Shown here in pieces: positions 36,801 to 48,341 of a DNA stretch of 64,000 nt. The translations under genes were made by a program, and so were the position numbers. The stretch is from Azolla caroliniana (taxonomy: Eukaryota; Plantae; Polypodiophyta): the NCBI GenBank assembly GCA_043228905.1, contig JBHGNT010000018.1:6262001-6326000 (forward strand), in the 5' to 3' direction. Numbering within the stretch: position 1 is the stretch's first letter; every line of letters starts with the position of its first letter. Under the pieces are notes generated by a model. It saw only the letters and a list, made by a program, of their open reading frames with translations. It was not told the origin of the DNA and ran no database searches.

Positions 36801-39207
36801 TGATGCTGTCTCATCAAACTCAACATCCCGACTAACTCGGACCTGCTTCGTCCGGGGGTTATAACACTTATACCCCTTTTGCTCATGCAAGTAACCGACC
36901 AGGATGCATTTCTCTGACTTTGAATCTAACTTCCTCCACTTCTCATCCGGCACATGCACATATGCAATGCTACCAAATATCCGAAGGTGTCTCAAATTCG
37001 GCTTGCGCCCGAAATACAGCTCATGCGCGGACACCTTGTCACTGATCCGGTTTTGGATATAGACGGTCGTCCAGACTGCCTCAACCTAGTAAATTTTGGG
37101 CATGCTCTTCTCCTCCAACATCGCCCTTGTCATGTCGATAATCAACCGGTTCTTCCTTTCGGCCACACCGTTTTGCTCCGGTGTGTATCTGCAGCTGAAC
37201 TCTCTCCGAATTCCTTTTTGCTGCAGATAACTATTGAATTAGCCAGAAAAATATTCTTTTCTGCCATCCGACCGCAGGCACTTGATCTTCCTCTTTGTTT
37301 CCCATTCAACCAGGCTTTGCAGGTTCCGGAAACACTCGAAGACTTCGCTCTTCCGCTCAATGAGGTAGATCCATGTATGTCGGCTATAGTCGTCAATGAA
37401 AGAGATGATGTATCGACTCCCACCAAGACTAATGTTCTGTGCCAGTCCCCATACATCCGAATGAATAAGGTCGAGCTTGTTACGGCTACGGTTTCGTTCG
37501 GTGGGGAATGGAAGCCGGTGTTGCTTCCCGAGTTGGCAGGCTTCACATATTTGGACCTTCCGACCACTGAACTTCGACAAACCGAAAACAACTTATTTCG
37601 TTTGCAGGTTTTGAAGCCTCTAGTAATTGATGTGGTCGGTCTGCTTGTTCCAGAGATCAATATCCAATTCAATCTTCTGTCCTTTGGCGAACAAAGTGGT
37701 GCCGATGTCATTGGTGTCGAGGATGAACATCCTCCCATCTCTGCGCCCTTGCGCAATAATCTGGCCCTCTTCCTCGATGAAGCACCAAGGTGCGTAAACC
37801 GCACCTGCATCCCCTGGTCAACGATCTGACCAACTGACACCAGGTTCTTCGTGATAGTTGGAACGTGTAATACGTTCATCAGCTTCCCCCTCTGTCCAAC
37901 GTGGCTGAAAGGGACTTCTCCGATATGCACGATTGGGTGAGGTGTGTCGTCTCCGGTTTTGACGACTCCCGGTTGTTCCAGTTTCTCCAAGAAAGAGAAC
38001 CACTCTTTGTGGCTCGTCATGTGATTTGATGCACCGGAATCAACGTACCACACTTCCTCCTATTTGGAAGTGGTCTTCTTCATCAAGTTAGCCTCGTGTT
38101 TCATCACCAAGGCTGGCCCTTTACCAGCTTTTCCGGTTTTGGATCCTCCCGATCCTTCTGCATAGTGCGAGTATTGTTGGTTTTCTCTGTCGGCCTTGCC
38201 AGGTCCGGATCTATCCGAATCGGCGCGCTTCTTCTAGCACTCGCTTTCTCTATGGCCATTTTTACCACAATACCAGCATTCCGTGTTGGCCTTTGCTTGT
38301 CGGCCTCCGGCACCGCCTTGACTCCCCCTGTTTGTGGAGGGTCCGGAACTGCTGTCGACACGTTCTTTGTGCCTTCGGTCCTGCTCTTGCCGGCCACTAC
38401 CATTACGAGCTGACCCGCCTCATCCACCACGCCCACTGGGCCGATCTGCCTCCGTGTACAGCATTCGGTTGTCAGTGGGTTCACTTGTTGATGCATCAGT
38501 GTGGTTCTCCTCTAAAAGGAGCATCGACTGTAAGTCGAAAAATGACGGCATATTCTCCCTTGTACATACTGTCGTTCGGAACGCTCTGAACTTAGACGCT
38601 AGGCCCCCAAGACAAATCTGCACCATCTCATCTTCCTCTACAGTGATGCTGATAGAGGCAAGTAAGTCACAGATCTCTTTGATTCAGGCCGTGTAATCGG
38701 CTACCGACATGTCCTTCTGTCGAACATTGCTCAACTCCTGTTAGAGTTGTAGCTTCCGGGTCGTAGTGCTTGCCGCGAAAACCTTCTTCAGGTTTCCCCA
38801 AGCTTCTTTTGGCGTCTTGGCATCTGGGACCTGGCACAGTACCTGGTCTCCGACACTGGACGCAAAGCAGTACATCACTTTGCTTGCCGCTTGTTCCCAC
38901 ACTGGGAAGTCCTTGTGTGCCATATCAGGTGTTGTGTCGTTAGCTCCATCGACATAGCTCCAGTAACCATGCCCAAGCAGGTACTGGTGCATCTTGTATG
39001 ACCAAGATGCGTAGTTGGATTTGTCGAGCTTCTCCACCGGGAGCGAGCTAGCCATTCCTCTATCCATCACTTCTCCTTCTGTTCTTACCAGGTCTTAGGG
39101 TTTGTCTTCAGATTCTGATGTCGGCTGCAGAGGTTCTCAACCCTTGCACTCTGATACCATGTAGAGAAAAGGTGTGGAAGCATTAGACAATAGGCTAGCC
39201 GGATAGC

Positions 39208-39244
<37 letters not shown>

Positions 39245-39558
39245 ACACACAGAAGGTACGCAGGAGAGACACAGAAAGAGCAGAACAACTTAAATCTATT
39301 ATCAACAACTCCGTAAAATTCTCTGTATATACAACGTGCTCAACAACACTATTTATACAGGTCCTAAGAGGACTGACAAAAGTACAGTGTACTTCAATGC
39401 TCACACGATCGTCTGACACTAACTATGAGACATTAACTACCTAGTAGTGTAGGCTGCTACTATGCTTTCGGTTACTGCTTGATCCGGCTAACCGGCTCAT
39501 CGATACGGCTCATCCTTCTGGATGCCGATCCGGATCCGGTTGAGCTTTCCGCTCCACA
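33745..39558 (-). mobile_element. Ty1/Copia element A2 (sister subfamily of A1), inserted in the 5' LTR of A1
   Basis: TSD AAAAG (33740-33744, 39559-39563). LTRs 33745-34134 and 39160-39558. PBS-iMet 39146-39159; PPT 34135-34146. gag from about 39070; PR WYVDSGASNH; IN; RT LYVDD; RH. Many stops. Confidence 0.93.
34279..34740 (-). other. Extra basic/charged ORF after RNase H in A2, in frame with pol
   Basis: Begins with ATG immediately after the pol TGA (34741-34743). Homologous to 27691-28155. Confidence 0.5.
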
Positions 39559-40558
39559 AAAAGCTTCGAACACAGAGGAGACAGAGAGAGCAAAACATAA
39601 AACTAAATTCAAAAATTAACTCTAAAATTCTTTAGATACAACGTGCTAAACAACACTATTTATACAAGTCCATAAAGGACTGACAAAAGTACTGACAGGT
39701 ACTTCAATGCTCACAAGTGCGACTGACACTAACTACAAGACAATGATTACCTAGTAGTCTAGGCTACTACTAGGCTTCCGGTTCCCGCTCGAATCCGGCT
39801 CCCCGATCCGGCCGGTTGTTTCCGGATACCGATCCGGCTCATCCTTCCAGATGTCGATCTAGCTCTTGCTTATTCAGCCGATCCGGATCCGGTTGAGCTT
39901 TCTCGCTCAATCGGTGTGGACTGGAAAAGACATGTTGTACCAACATCTGAGGATGTTAGGTTCTCTTGCCAATTTGTATGTAGCGAAGGACAAGAGGGGG
40001 AAATTGAACCAAAAGACTTGGCCGTGCATATTCCTAGGATACGGCGACGACAAGTTCGGTTATTGGCTATGGTACTTAGCCGAGAAGAAGGTGATCTGGA
40101 GCAGAGAGATAATGTTCATGGAGGAGAAGATTATTGTCGACTGGGAGAAGGAGAAGATAAGTGCATCCTCCCAGCCAGTCAAAAGTCGAATACCGGCTAA
40201 AGAACAAGGGGATCTGACTAGATCTAGACAAGGAGTCAAATCGGTCGAAGGCTAGTCAAGAGCCGGATATAGAAAGGGATACAAACACGGGGTCAGATCC
40301 AGAGCCGAAGTGACCCCAAGGCATCCAGTCAGATCCGAAGAGGAAGAAGTAGTCGACTCTGAATCAAACGACGAACCAGCCGAAGGAGAAGAGGAAGGAT
40401 CTAACGGACCAACTGATGAAAATAGAGGAAGAAGATACCCTCTGAGAGAGAGAAGGGTGTTGAATGCAGGTCTCTAATGGACGTATTCACATTGTCTTCT
40501 TTTATACACACTAGGAAACAGGTCCCTCCGGATGGGAAATGAGAAGAACAATGTTGAT

Positions 40559-40790
40559 GGGAACCGGATGAGGAGTACCCGGCAATGGAAGACCCGGTGA
40601 GAACCGGATGAGGAGTACCCGGCAACGGAAGACCCGGTGAGAACCGGATGACGAGTACCCGGCTACGGAAGACCCGGTGAGAACCGGATGACGAGTACCC
40701 GGCAAGAGCCGGATGTTGAAGACCCGGTGAGAACCGGATGATGAGTGCCCGGCAAGCGTCGGATGGTGCAAGCCCGGTGAGGAGTGCTCA
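40559..40790. repeat. 40-bp tandem repeat array in U3 of the element C LTR
   Basis: Unit GAGAACCGGATGAGGAGTACCCGGCAACGGAAGACCCGGT, about 5 copies. Also at 49911-50033 and 60929-61070. Confidence 0.9.
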
Positions 40791-41340
40791 CCATATGAAG
40801 GCACATATTCGTAAATATGTTTCTAAGAGTCCATCGGGGCTATATTTGTAAATAGCCGAAAAGTCATTTTAGTATAAATATGACTTAGGGCAAACTTAGT
40901 GTATAGGTTGTCATTGTCGTTGTCGCGATTGTGAGAGAGCAACCGTGTACAGAGAGAGAGAGTGAGCTCGAAATATAGAGAGGCTGTTGCCTCTGTTGTA
41001 ACCGCTACCTGTGGCGAAGATCGTGAGCACGAGGTCGTTGCCTCCTGTCATGATATGGCAAGACTCGAACCCATGACCTTAGGTTATATGGGTCGAGCTC
41101 TTGACCATTAGACCATCTATTGTAATACGTAGGATATTATTTTCATTTACATTTTATTATAGGAAATTAGTGTATATTCCAGATTTCTCTGGAACATTCT
41201 AGAAGCTTCAGGATTACTCCTGAAAACACTATAAAAGAGGGCACTAGGCATTATGTTGAACCAAATTGGTTCAACGCCAGTCTTAAGCCTTTTAGCCACC
41301 GTTGTATATTCTCTTCATATAATAAATATCTTTCTTATCA

Positions 41341-41393
<53 letters not shown>

Positions 41394-41499
41394 GTCTCGC
41401 TCACTTCTTCCTTCTCTCGAAGAAGTTCCACACCTCTCATAGTACTAATCCTTCGTTTAGTACTAATTCCTTCTCTGTCTCAGTACTGTTCATGACAGT

Positions 41500-41511
41500 T
41501 TGAACCAATTT
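41500..41511 (+). promoter_or_regulatory. Self-priming (Tf1-type) primer binding site
   Basis: TTGAACCAATTT is the exact complement of AAATTGGTTCAA (41263-41274), which lies 33 nt after TATAAAA (41230). Confidence 0.8.
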
Positions 41512-41570
41512 TCCTACCCTCTGTCTCTCTCATTTCCTACTAATCTTTTATTCCTCTTTTCTTTCATCCC

Positions 41571-42722
41571 ATGGCCACTGTTAGCACTGAAGAATATCAA
41601 TCTGTTTTCTCGGAATTCCAATGCTTGAAGGAGAAGTTCCATGCTTTGGAACAAGAAAACCAACGGTTGCTAGGGGATCTTCAACAAATCTCCTTAGAAA
41701 AGCAGCAAACGCAACAACAACATGGGGAACTTGCGTTACGCGTGCAACAACTCGAAGCCACCATCGTAGCGATGCAACAACATGGGCCCGGAACACAAGG
41801 GATTCATAAAGAACCTAAGATTGGCCTTCCCACGAAGTTCGATGGAACGCGATCGCAGTTTAGAGGGTTCCTTAACCAGGTACGATTAGTTATTCAAATG
41901 CATCCTTCCCGATATCCCACTGATGCATCACGAGTGGGTTTAGTAGGCACCTTGTTAAGTGGCTCAGCGTTGTCATGGTTCGCTCCACTATTAGAAAAGG
42001 AATCTCCGTTACTCAACAATTTTGAAGAGTTTCTAGGTGAGTTTAAAGCATGTTTCGGAGATACTGACAGCATCAGGACCGCAATCAACAAAATCCGGCG
42101 ATTACGCCAAGGTGACCGTCCAGCCTCCGCATACGCTGCAGATTTTCGCCTACTCGCCGCCGATATCCCTTGGGATGATCAAGCGTTGATGGAGCAATTC
42201 CGTTATGGTTTACGCAACGACGTCAAGGATTTACTCTTGACCTTCCCCGAAGAGCCAAAGTCCTTAACAGAAGCAATCAGTCGCGCGGTGAGGTGTGACA
42301 ACCGCCTCTTTGAGCGACGTTCGGAACGACAGCTACAGATACCGAGGCCAAGATCAGAGCCCACCTACGCCTCAGTGGTAGCAAGACCTTTTCCGAGGGA
42401 GTCATATAATGCGTCTCCAGCGAATACTCCGACTCCGATGGAGATTGACACTACACATCGTCGAGGGCCATTATCCGAAGAAGAAAAGCAGTGACGCCGT
42501 ACAAATCGACTATGTCTTTACTGCGGTGGACCAGGACATATCGCAATAAATTGCCCCCATAGGCCAAGAAGACAGGTAAACCAAATAGTCGCTAGTTCTA
42601 ATTGTACTAAATCCGAACCTATTTCAGTAGGGATATCTGATAGTCCTAATAGTACTAATATCCCAGATCTAGCAAACAAATTTGATGTCCTTAGTCAGTT
42701 AGAAGAAGAGTTAAACGACTAA
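41571..42722 (+). CDS. Gag of chromovirus D (in-frame TGA at 42492-42494 before the zinc knuckle)
   Basis: Coiled-coil N-terminus, LPTKFDGTRSQFRGFLNQ, LRQGDRPASAYAADF, FRYGLRNDVKD. After the TGA the frame continues RRTNRLCLYCGGPGHIAINC to TAA at 42720-42722. Confidence 0.85.
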
Positions 42723-42761
42723 GTCCAGCCAAAATAGGAGCCGTTTGGTTGGACAGCCCTA
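42710..42761 (+). promoter_or_regulatory. Putative -1 programmed ribosomal frameshift signal (gag to pol)
   Basis: Slippery G TTA AAC in gag phase, 6-nt spacer, 11-bp stem GTCCAGCCAAA/TTTGGTTGGAC. pol is in the -1 frame and open from this site. Confidence 0.8.
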
Positions 42762-45700
42762 GATCTGTGCAGCCCATTAGTGGTTCCATTCCCTCTAAGC
42801 AAGTTAGTGATGTGTTCGTAGCCCAAGTAATAGTTAGTACTAAAAGTACCCCTCCAGTACATGTCCTAGCACTCCTAGATTCCGGAGCTAACTCTTGCTT
42901 TATGGATAAGAAATTTGCTCAAGCTCATAAGATATCCCTAAGAAAACTCCAGTGTCCAGCCTCTGTAGTAGTCATTGATGGACGTCCCATTGCTTCCGGA
43001 AATATCCTAGAAGAGTCAGAGCCCATTAATATTGTCCTAGATAACTTAGTATGTGTAGTATCATTTAATATTATTAGTATCCCAGAACATCCTATAGTTT
43101 TAGGACTACCGTGGTTCGAGTTACATAACCCTGACATAGATTGGAGAACAAGAGAAATCCGGTGTCAACAAACCCAAGGGTCAACTCAGAAGATGGCAAC
43201 CATTTCGCTACGTCAGTTGCGTAAAGAAGGGCACAAGGAGGAAATGTTCCTCTTTGCAATATCAGTAAACCCCTCCAACACCACTAAAGAAGAATCCACC
43301 GTTCAACTTCCCGAGAAGTATCGCCATTACACCGATGTGTTCGATAAAGTACAAGCCAACACACTTCCTCATCATCGACCGTACGATTGCCCCATCGATT
43401 TACAACCGGGAAAAGAGCCGCCATGGGGACCGATCTACAATTTGTCACCAACCGAGCTGGAAGTCCTTCGGGCCTATATAGAGGAGAATTTGGAAAATGG
43501 TTTCATTCGGCATTCGAAATCTCCAGCCGGTGCGCCCATTTTCTTCGTCAAGAAAAAAGATGGATCGCTTCGTCTCGTTGTAGATTACCGTGGCTTGAAT
43601 AAGGTTACAATCAGGAATAGGTATGCTCTTCCCCTTATCTCAAGTCTTTTAGAACGGATCAATGGTGCCAGGTTCTTCACGAAGATCGACTTACGGGGAG
43701 CATATAACCTCGTACGGATCCGACCAGGAGACGAATGGAAGACCGCGTTTCGCACCAGATATGGGCACTTCGAGTATACCGTCATGCCGTTCGGCCTCAC
43801 TAATGCGCCGGCAGTCTTCCAGCACATGGCTAATGATATATTCCGAGATCTATTGGATGATTGTTTGATCATCTATTTGGATGATCTACTGGTTTATTCA
43901 AAGACCCAAGAAGAACATGATTCTCATGTACTATTAGTACTAAAACGACTTCGAGAACATGGTCTGTATGCAAAGCTAGAAAAATGTAGTTTCGGGTGCA
44001 ACCAAGTGGAATTTCTCGGCTACATCATTTCGTCAGAAGGCATCTCCATGGACCCAGCTAAGGTCAGAACGGTGGTAGAATGGCAGACTCCGCGTTCGGT
44101 ACGGGATGTGCAATGCTTCTTAGGCTTTGCCAATTTTTACCGGAAGTTCATACAGGATTACTCAAAGATCGTTCTACCTCTCACACAACTTACCAGGAAG
44201 GGACAACCGTTCACCTGGTCTGAAGAAACGGACATGGCTTTTGAGAGTCTTAAAAAAGCATTTACATCGGCTCCAATTCTAGCTCATGTCGATCCGGAGA
44301 AACCATTCATTATCGAAGTTGACGCATCGGATTTTGCATTGGGGAGCATTCTGTCACAACAGGGGAATGATGAAAAGCTACATCCTGTGGCTTTTCACTC
44401 ACGCAAGTTTGATGCCGCCGAAATCAACTACGAAATCCATGATAAGGAGCTATTGGCAATAGTGGATTCTTTTATGCAATGGAGGCATTTTCTAGAGGGA
44501 TCCTCTCATCCAGTCACCGTATTTAGTGACCACAAGAATCTTGCCTACTTTCAGGATGCTCGTGTGTTGAATCGACGTCAAGCTCGGTGGGCCCACTTCC
44601 TCACGCGTTTCGACTTCAAAATTACATATCGTCCGGGGAGGCACCAAGGGAAGGCAGATGCATTATCACGGCGTTCGTATCTAGCACCCCGTCCCGGCGA
44701 GCCAGCTTTCGATAACCAAAAACAAGTCATCTTGGGACCGGCACGATTACAAGCAACACAAATCTTTGACATGCCTATGGATTCCCGCGTTATCGATACC
44801 ATACGTGAAGACTTGAAGACAGATGCGTTCGCCCAAGCTATACTAGCACAAATTGATCCCTCTCGAGCGTCGTGTTCACAATCGCAACCACCAGGTACGG
44901 ACTATCGGCAATTCAAATACCATGATGGATTACTCTTCTTTAAAGAACTTTTGTATGTTCCTAATGGTTCTTGCCGCCTTCGAGTAGTACAAAACTGTCA
45001 TGACACATATACAACTGGGCATTTTGGTAGTACTAAAACATTACATTTAGTACAACGATCATTCTGGTGGCCCTGTATGCGACAATTTGTCGAGGATTTT
45101 GTTCGGACTTGTGATACATGTTGCAGAGCGAAAATGCCAAGGCATCATCCATATGGTTGATTAGAACCATTATCAATTCCAAGCAAGCCGTGGCAATCCA
45201 TTGCTCTAGACTTCATCACAGATCTTCCAGTCTCTAAGGGGTTCAATGCGATTCTAACGGTGGTCGATCGATATACGAAGATGGCTCATTTCTTGCCATG
45301 TACTAAGGAGATCTCCAGTGAAGACACTGCCGAAATTGTCATGCGTGAAGTATGTCGGCATCATGGACTCCCCGATAGTATCATCAGCGACCGTGGACCC
45401 CAGTTCGTGTCAAAATTCTGGAAGCACCTTTTTAACATGCTCAAGGTCACTTGTAACCTCTCTTCCGGCTACCACCCACAAACTGACGGCCAAGCTGAAC
45501 GAACAAATCAAACGTTGGAGCAGTATCTGCGGTGCTTTCTCAGCTATCATCAGGACGACTGGGCAGATATTCTCCACTTCGCCGAATTTGCCTATAACAA
45601 CTCTATCCACGCATCCACTAAAGTTACGCCATTTTATGCTTATACGGGATGTCACCCCCGGTGGAGTGTACTTGAAACCCCAGAGGTGTCCACAAATCCG

Positions 45701-46306
45701 TGCGCAGAGGATCGTTTGGAGCGGTTACGCAAGATACAAGCGGATTTATCTACTCATCTCCAGCAAGCTCAACAAACACACAAGGTCTACGCGGATCGTC
45801 ATCGACTTCCATCTAGTTTTAATATTGGAGATCGGGTGTGGTTGCTACGACGACACATCAAGACTACTCGCCCATGTGAGAAGTTGGATTATCGGCGATT
45901 AGGTCCTTTCCGTATTATTGGCAAGATTAATGATGTTGCTTTTCGTCTCGATCTACCTCCTCAACTTCGGATACATCCGATGTTTCATAGTTCTCTCTTC
46001 GAACCCTACCACGAGAGCACCATCCCAGAATGTCTTATCCAACCTCCACCCCCGATCGAGCTTGAAGATGGGCCGGAGTACGAGGTTGCCGCCATTCTTG
46101 ATTCCAAGATTGTTCGCAACAAGCTCTACTATCTAGTCGATTGGCTAGGCTATAGTCCTAGCGAACGTACTTGGGAACCGATCGAGAATGTAACCAATGC
46201 TCGTGCTCTTCTTGAAGACTTCCATCGTCAATATCCACACAAACCGGGTCCTCAATCCAAGACGACTCGTGACACTCGTCGTTTTAAAGGGGGGATAGTG
46301 TCATGA
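42716..46306 (+). CDS. Pol of chromovirus D: PR-RT-RH-IN-chromodomain (one in-frame TGA at 45158-45160)
   Basis: LLDSGANSCF, VMPFGLTNAPA, IYLDDLL, EVDASDFALG, HHCC finger, IISDRGPQF, YHPQTDGQAER, GPF motif, chromodomain YEVAAIL..YYLVDWLGYSPSERTWEP. The ORFs 42749-45160 and 45260-46306 are in the same frame. Confidence 0.9.
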
Positions 46307-46593
46307 TATGGCAAGACTCGAACCCATGACCTTAGGTTATATGGGTCGAGCTCTTGACCATTAGACCATCTATTGTAATACGTAGGATATTATTTTCATT
46401 TACATTTTATTATAGGAAATTAGTGTATATTCCAGATTTCTCTGGAACATTCTAGAAGCTTCAGGATTACTCCTGAAAACACTATAAAAGAGGGCACTAG
46501 GCATTATGTTGAACCAAATTGGTTCAACGCCAGTCTTAAGCCTTTTAGCCACCGTTGTATATTCTCTTCATATAATAAATATCTTTCTTATCA

Positions 46594-46634
<41 letters not shown>

Positions 46635-46993
46635 GTCTCGCTCACTTCTTCCTTCTCTCGAAGAAGTTCCACACCTCTCATAGTACTAATCCTTCGTTTA
46701 GTACTAATTCCTTCTCTGTCTCAGTACTGTTCATGACACCTCCATGAGCTCACTGTTGTAATCATTGTGATATAGTGATAGTTTGGAGTCTGTGGACTCC
46801 CGTGGTTTTTCCCTCTCAGGGTTTTCCACATTAATATCTTGTGTATTCTTTTTTTCTTTCTATTTGAGCACTTACCTCCATTCTTCATTTCTTCTGTGTT
46901 CAACTATACAAAGTGATTCACTCTTCGGTTGTTGCCGGAGACTATTCCGCGTATTCCTCGACAAAGTGGTATCAGAGCGAAAAGACATAGAAA

Positions 46994-48313
46994 ATGGACG
47001 AATCGTTGGGAGGCATGTTCAAGCTCACCAGCTCCAACTATTCCGTGTGGAAGTCGAAGATGCGGGACATGCTCGTGGTTAAAGATCTTTGGTTGCCAGT
47101 TCAGTTCGGGGACAAGAGACCGGACAAAATTGACGCCTCTATATGGGAGGTGATGCACATGAAGACAACGGCGTACATACGGTGCTTCATCGACATGAGC
47201 CTATACAACAAATTCAATGAAGAGTGCAAGGCTCATGAGCTCTGGGAGAATATCGGCATTATGTTTCAGAACAAAAATGTTGTTAACCAGGTTTCGGTAT
47301 TCCGGAAGCTAGTAAGACTCCGGTACCAAGATGGCTCCAGCATGGTGGAGCACATGAATGCCTTCCAGGGGCTGATACACCAGGAAACATCATTGGAAGT
47401 ACCTCTCGCCGATGAGGTACTAGCGCTACTCCTGCTCGGTTCCCTCCCGGATAGCTGGGAGACGTTAGTTGTCACTTTGTGCAACGCCAGGCCGGAAGGG
47501 AAACGATTATCCCTAGCAAGAGTGAAGTCGAGCTTGCTAGATGAGGAGGCGCGTCGGAAAGATAAGGATATGAGCTCCAACACCAAAGCGCTCCTTACCG
47601 AATCAGAACGCGGAAGACAAAGGAACCGTAGTCCCCAGAACCGGGTGAAGTCGGGGACACGGTCAAAGTCAAGGGGGAGGCCTACCTGCTTCTATTGCGG
47701 CAAGCCGAGACACTTCTAGAAGAACTGTCGGCACTTCCGAAAAGACAAGGAAACTGATGGTACCGATTCGAAGCGGACACCGGACTAAAACGGTAAAGAC
47801 CGGAGGGGGCCGGACCGGAAGGGAACGACGGCAATCACGGCAAGTGAAGAAAAGTTGATGCTCATCATCGAGGAGAGTGAGCTAAACCTTGCCGGCGACG
47901 AGATGACCTGGGTGATCGACTCCGGAGCGTCGTTCCACCTTACCCCGGACCGGAAATGCTTCTCATCCTACTCAGCCGGTGATCACGGTTGTGTCCGGAT
48001 GGGGAATGAAGGTACATGCCGAATTGTCGGCATAGGAGACGTGTGGTTGACAACACCAACTGGATGCAAGTTGCTGCTGAAGGATGTCCGACACGTTCTG
48101 AAGGTTCGTCTGAACCTGATATCAGCCGGTCGGCTAGATGATGAAGGCTACACGGGTAACATCCAGTACGGTGTTATGAAGTTCAGCAAAGGGAGCCTGA
48201 TTGTGGCTCGGGCCCGAAAGGTCAACACGTTGTACCTAATGAATGCCCGGTTATGCCCGGAAGAAGAAGTGAACGTGGCATCCGACAGAAAGCTTCGAAG
48301 AAGCGAAGGATGA
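46994..48313 (+). pseudogene. gag-protease of Copia C (stops at 47717 and about 47786); integrase deleted at about 48287
   Basis: KLTSSNYSVWKSKMRDML, LLLGSLPDSWETL, CFYCGKPRHF*KNC, WVIDSGASFH. Confidence 0.88.
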
Positions 48314-48341
48314 CACCCATAGCCGAAAATGGTTAAGTGCC

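Larger units (their letters stand above)
27132..39912 (-). mobile_element. Ty1/Copia element A1 (full length, defective), containing two solo LTRs and element A2
   Basis: 5-bp TSD GGTGT (27127-27131, 39913-39917). 3' LTR 27132-27565; 5' LTR split 33660-33744 plus 39564-39912. PBS-iMet (rc TGGTATCAGAGC) 33648-33659; PPT 27566-27577. RT ORF 28940-30043 with LYVDD. Confidence 0.92.
26790..40457 (+). mobile_element. Copia family B integrase remnant (segments 26790-27131 and 39913-40457) that hosts elements A1 and G
   Basis: KDQVLYVFKEFQARAERETG..DNGGEY..FWVEALMT..PLDGDIPQRV joins across TSD GGTGT to WTGKDMLYQHLRMLG..PCIFLGYGDDKFGY. Confidence 0.85.
41046..46738 (+). mobile_element. Tcn1-like Ty3/gypsy chromovirus D, very young, inserted in the 5' LTR of C
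   Basis: TSD CCTCC (41041-41045, 46739-46743). LTRs 41046-41497 and 46299-46738 appear to differ only in (CT)n length; termini TGTCATGA...TCATGACA. PPT AAAGGGGGGATAG. No tRNA PBS. Chromodomain at the IN C-terminus. Confidence 0.95.

Noticed and set aside
27132-39912. Apparent tandem LTR-internal-LTR-internal-LTR dimer
   Set aside because: The AAAAG TSD and split LTR show that A2 is nested inside the 5' LTR of A1.
40559-40790. CRISPR-like regular repeats
   Set aside because: Head-to-tail 40-bp units with no unique spacers, inside a plant LTR, with no cas genes.
42492-42494. U-to-C RNA editing as the means of removing the shared UGA stops
   Set aside because: U-to-C editing in ferns and hornworts is known for organellar transcripts, and nothing here supports it for a nuclear element.
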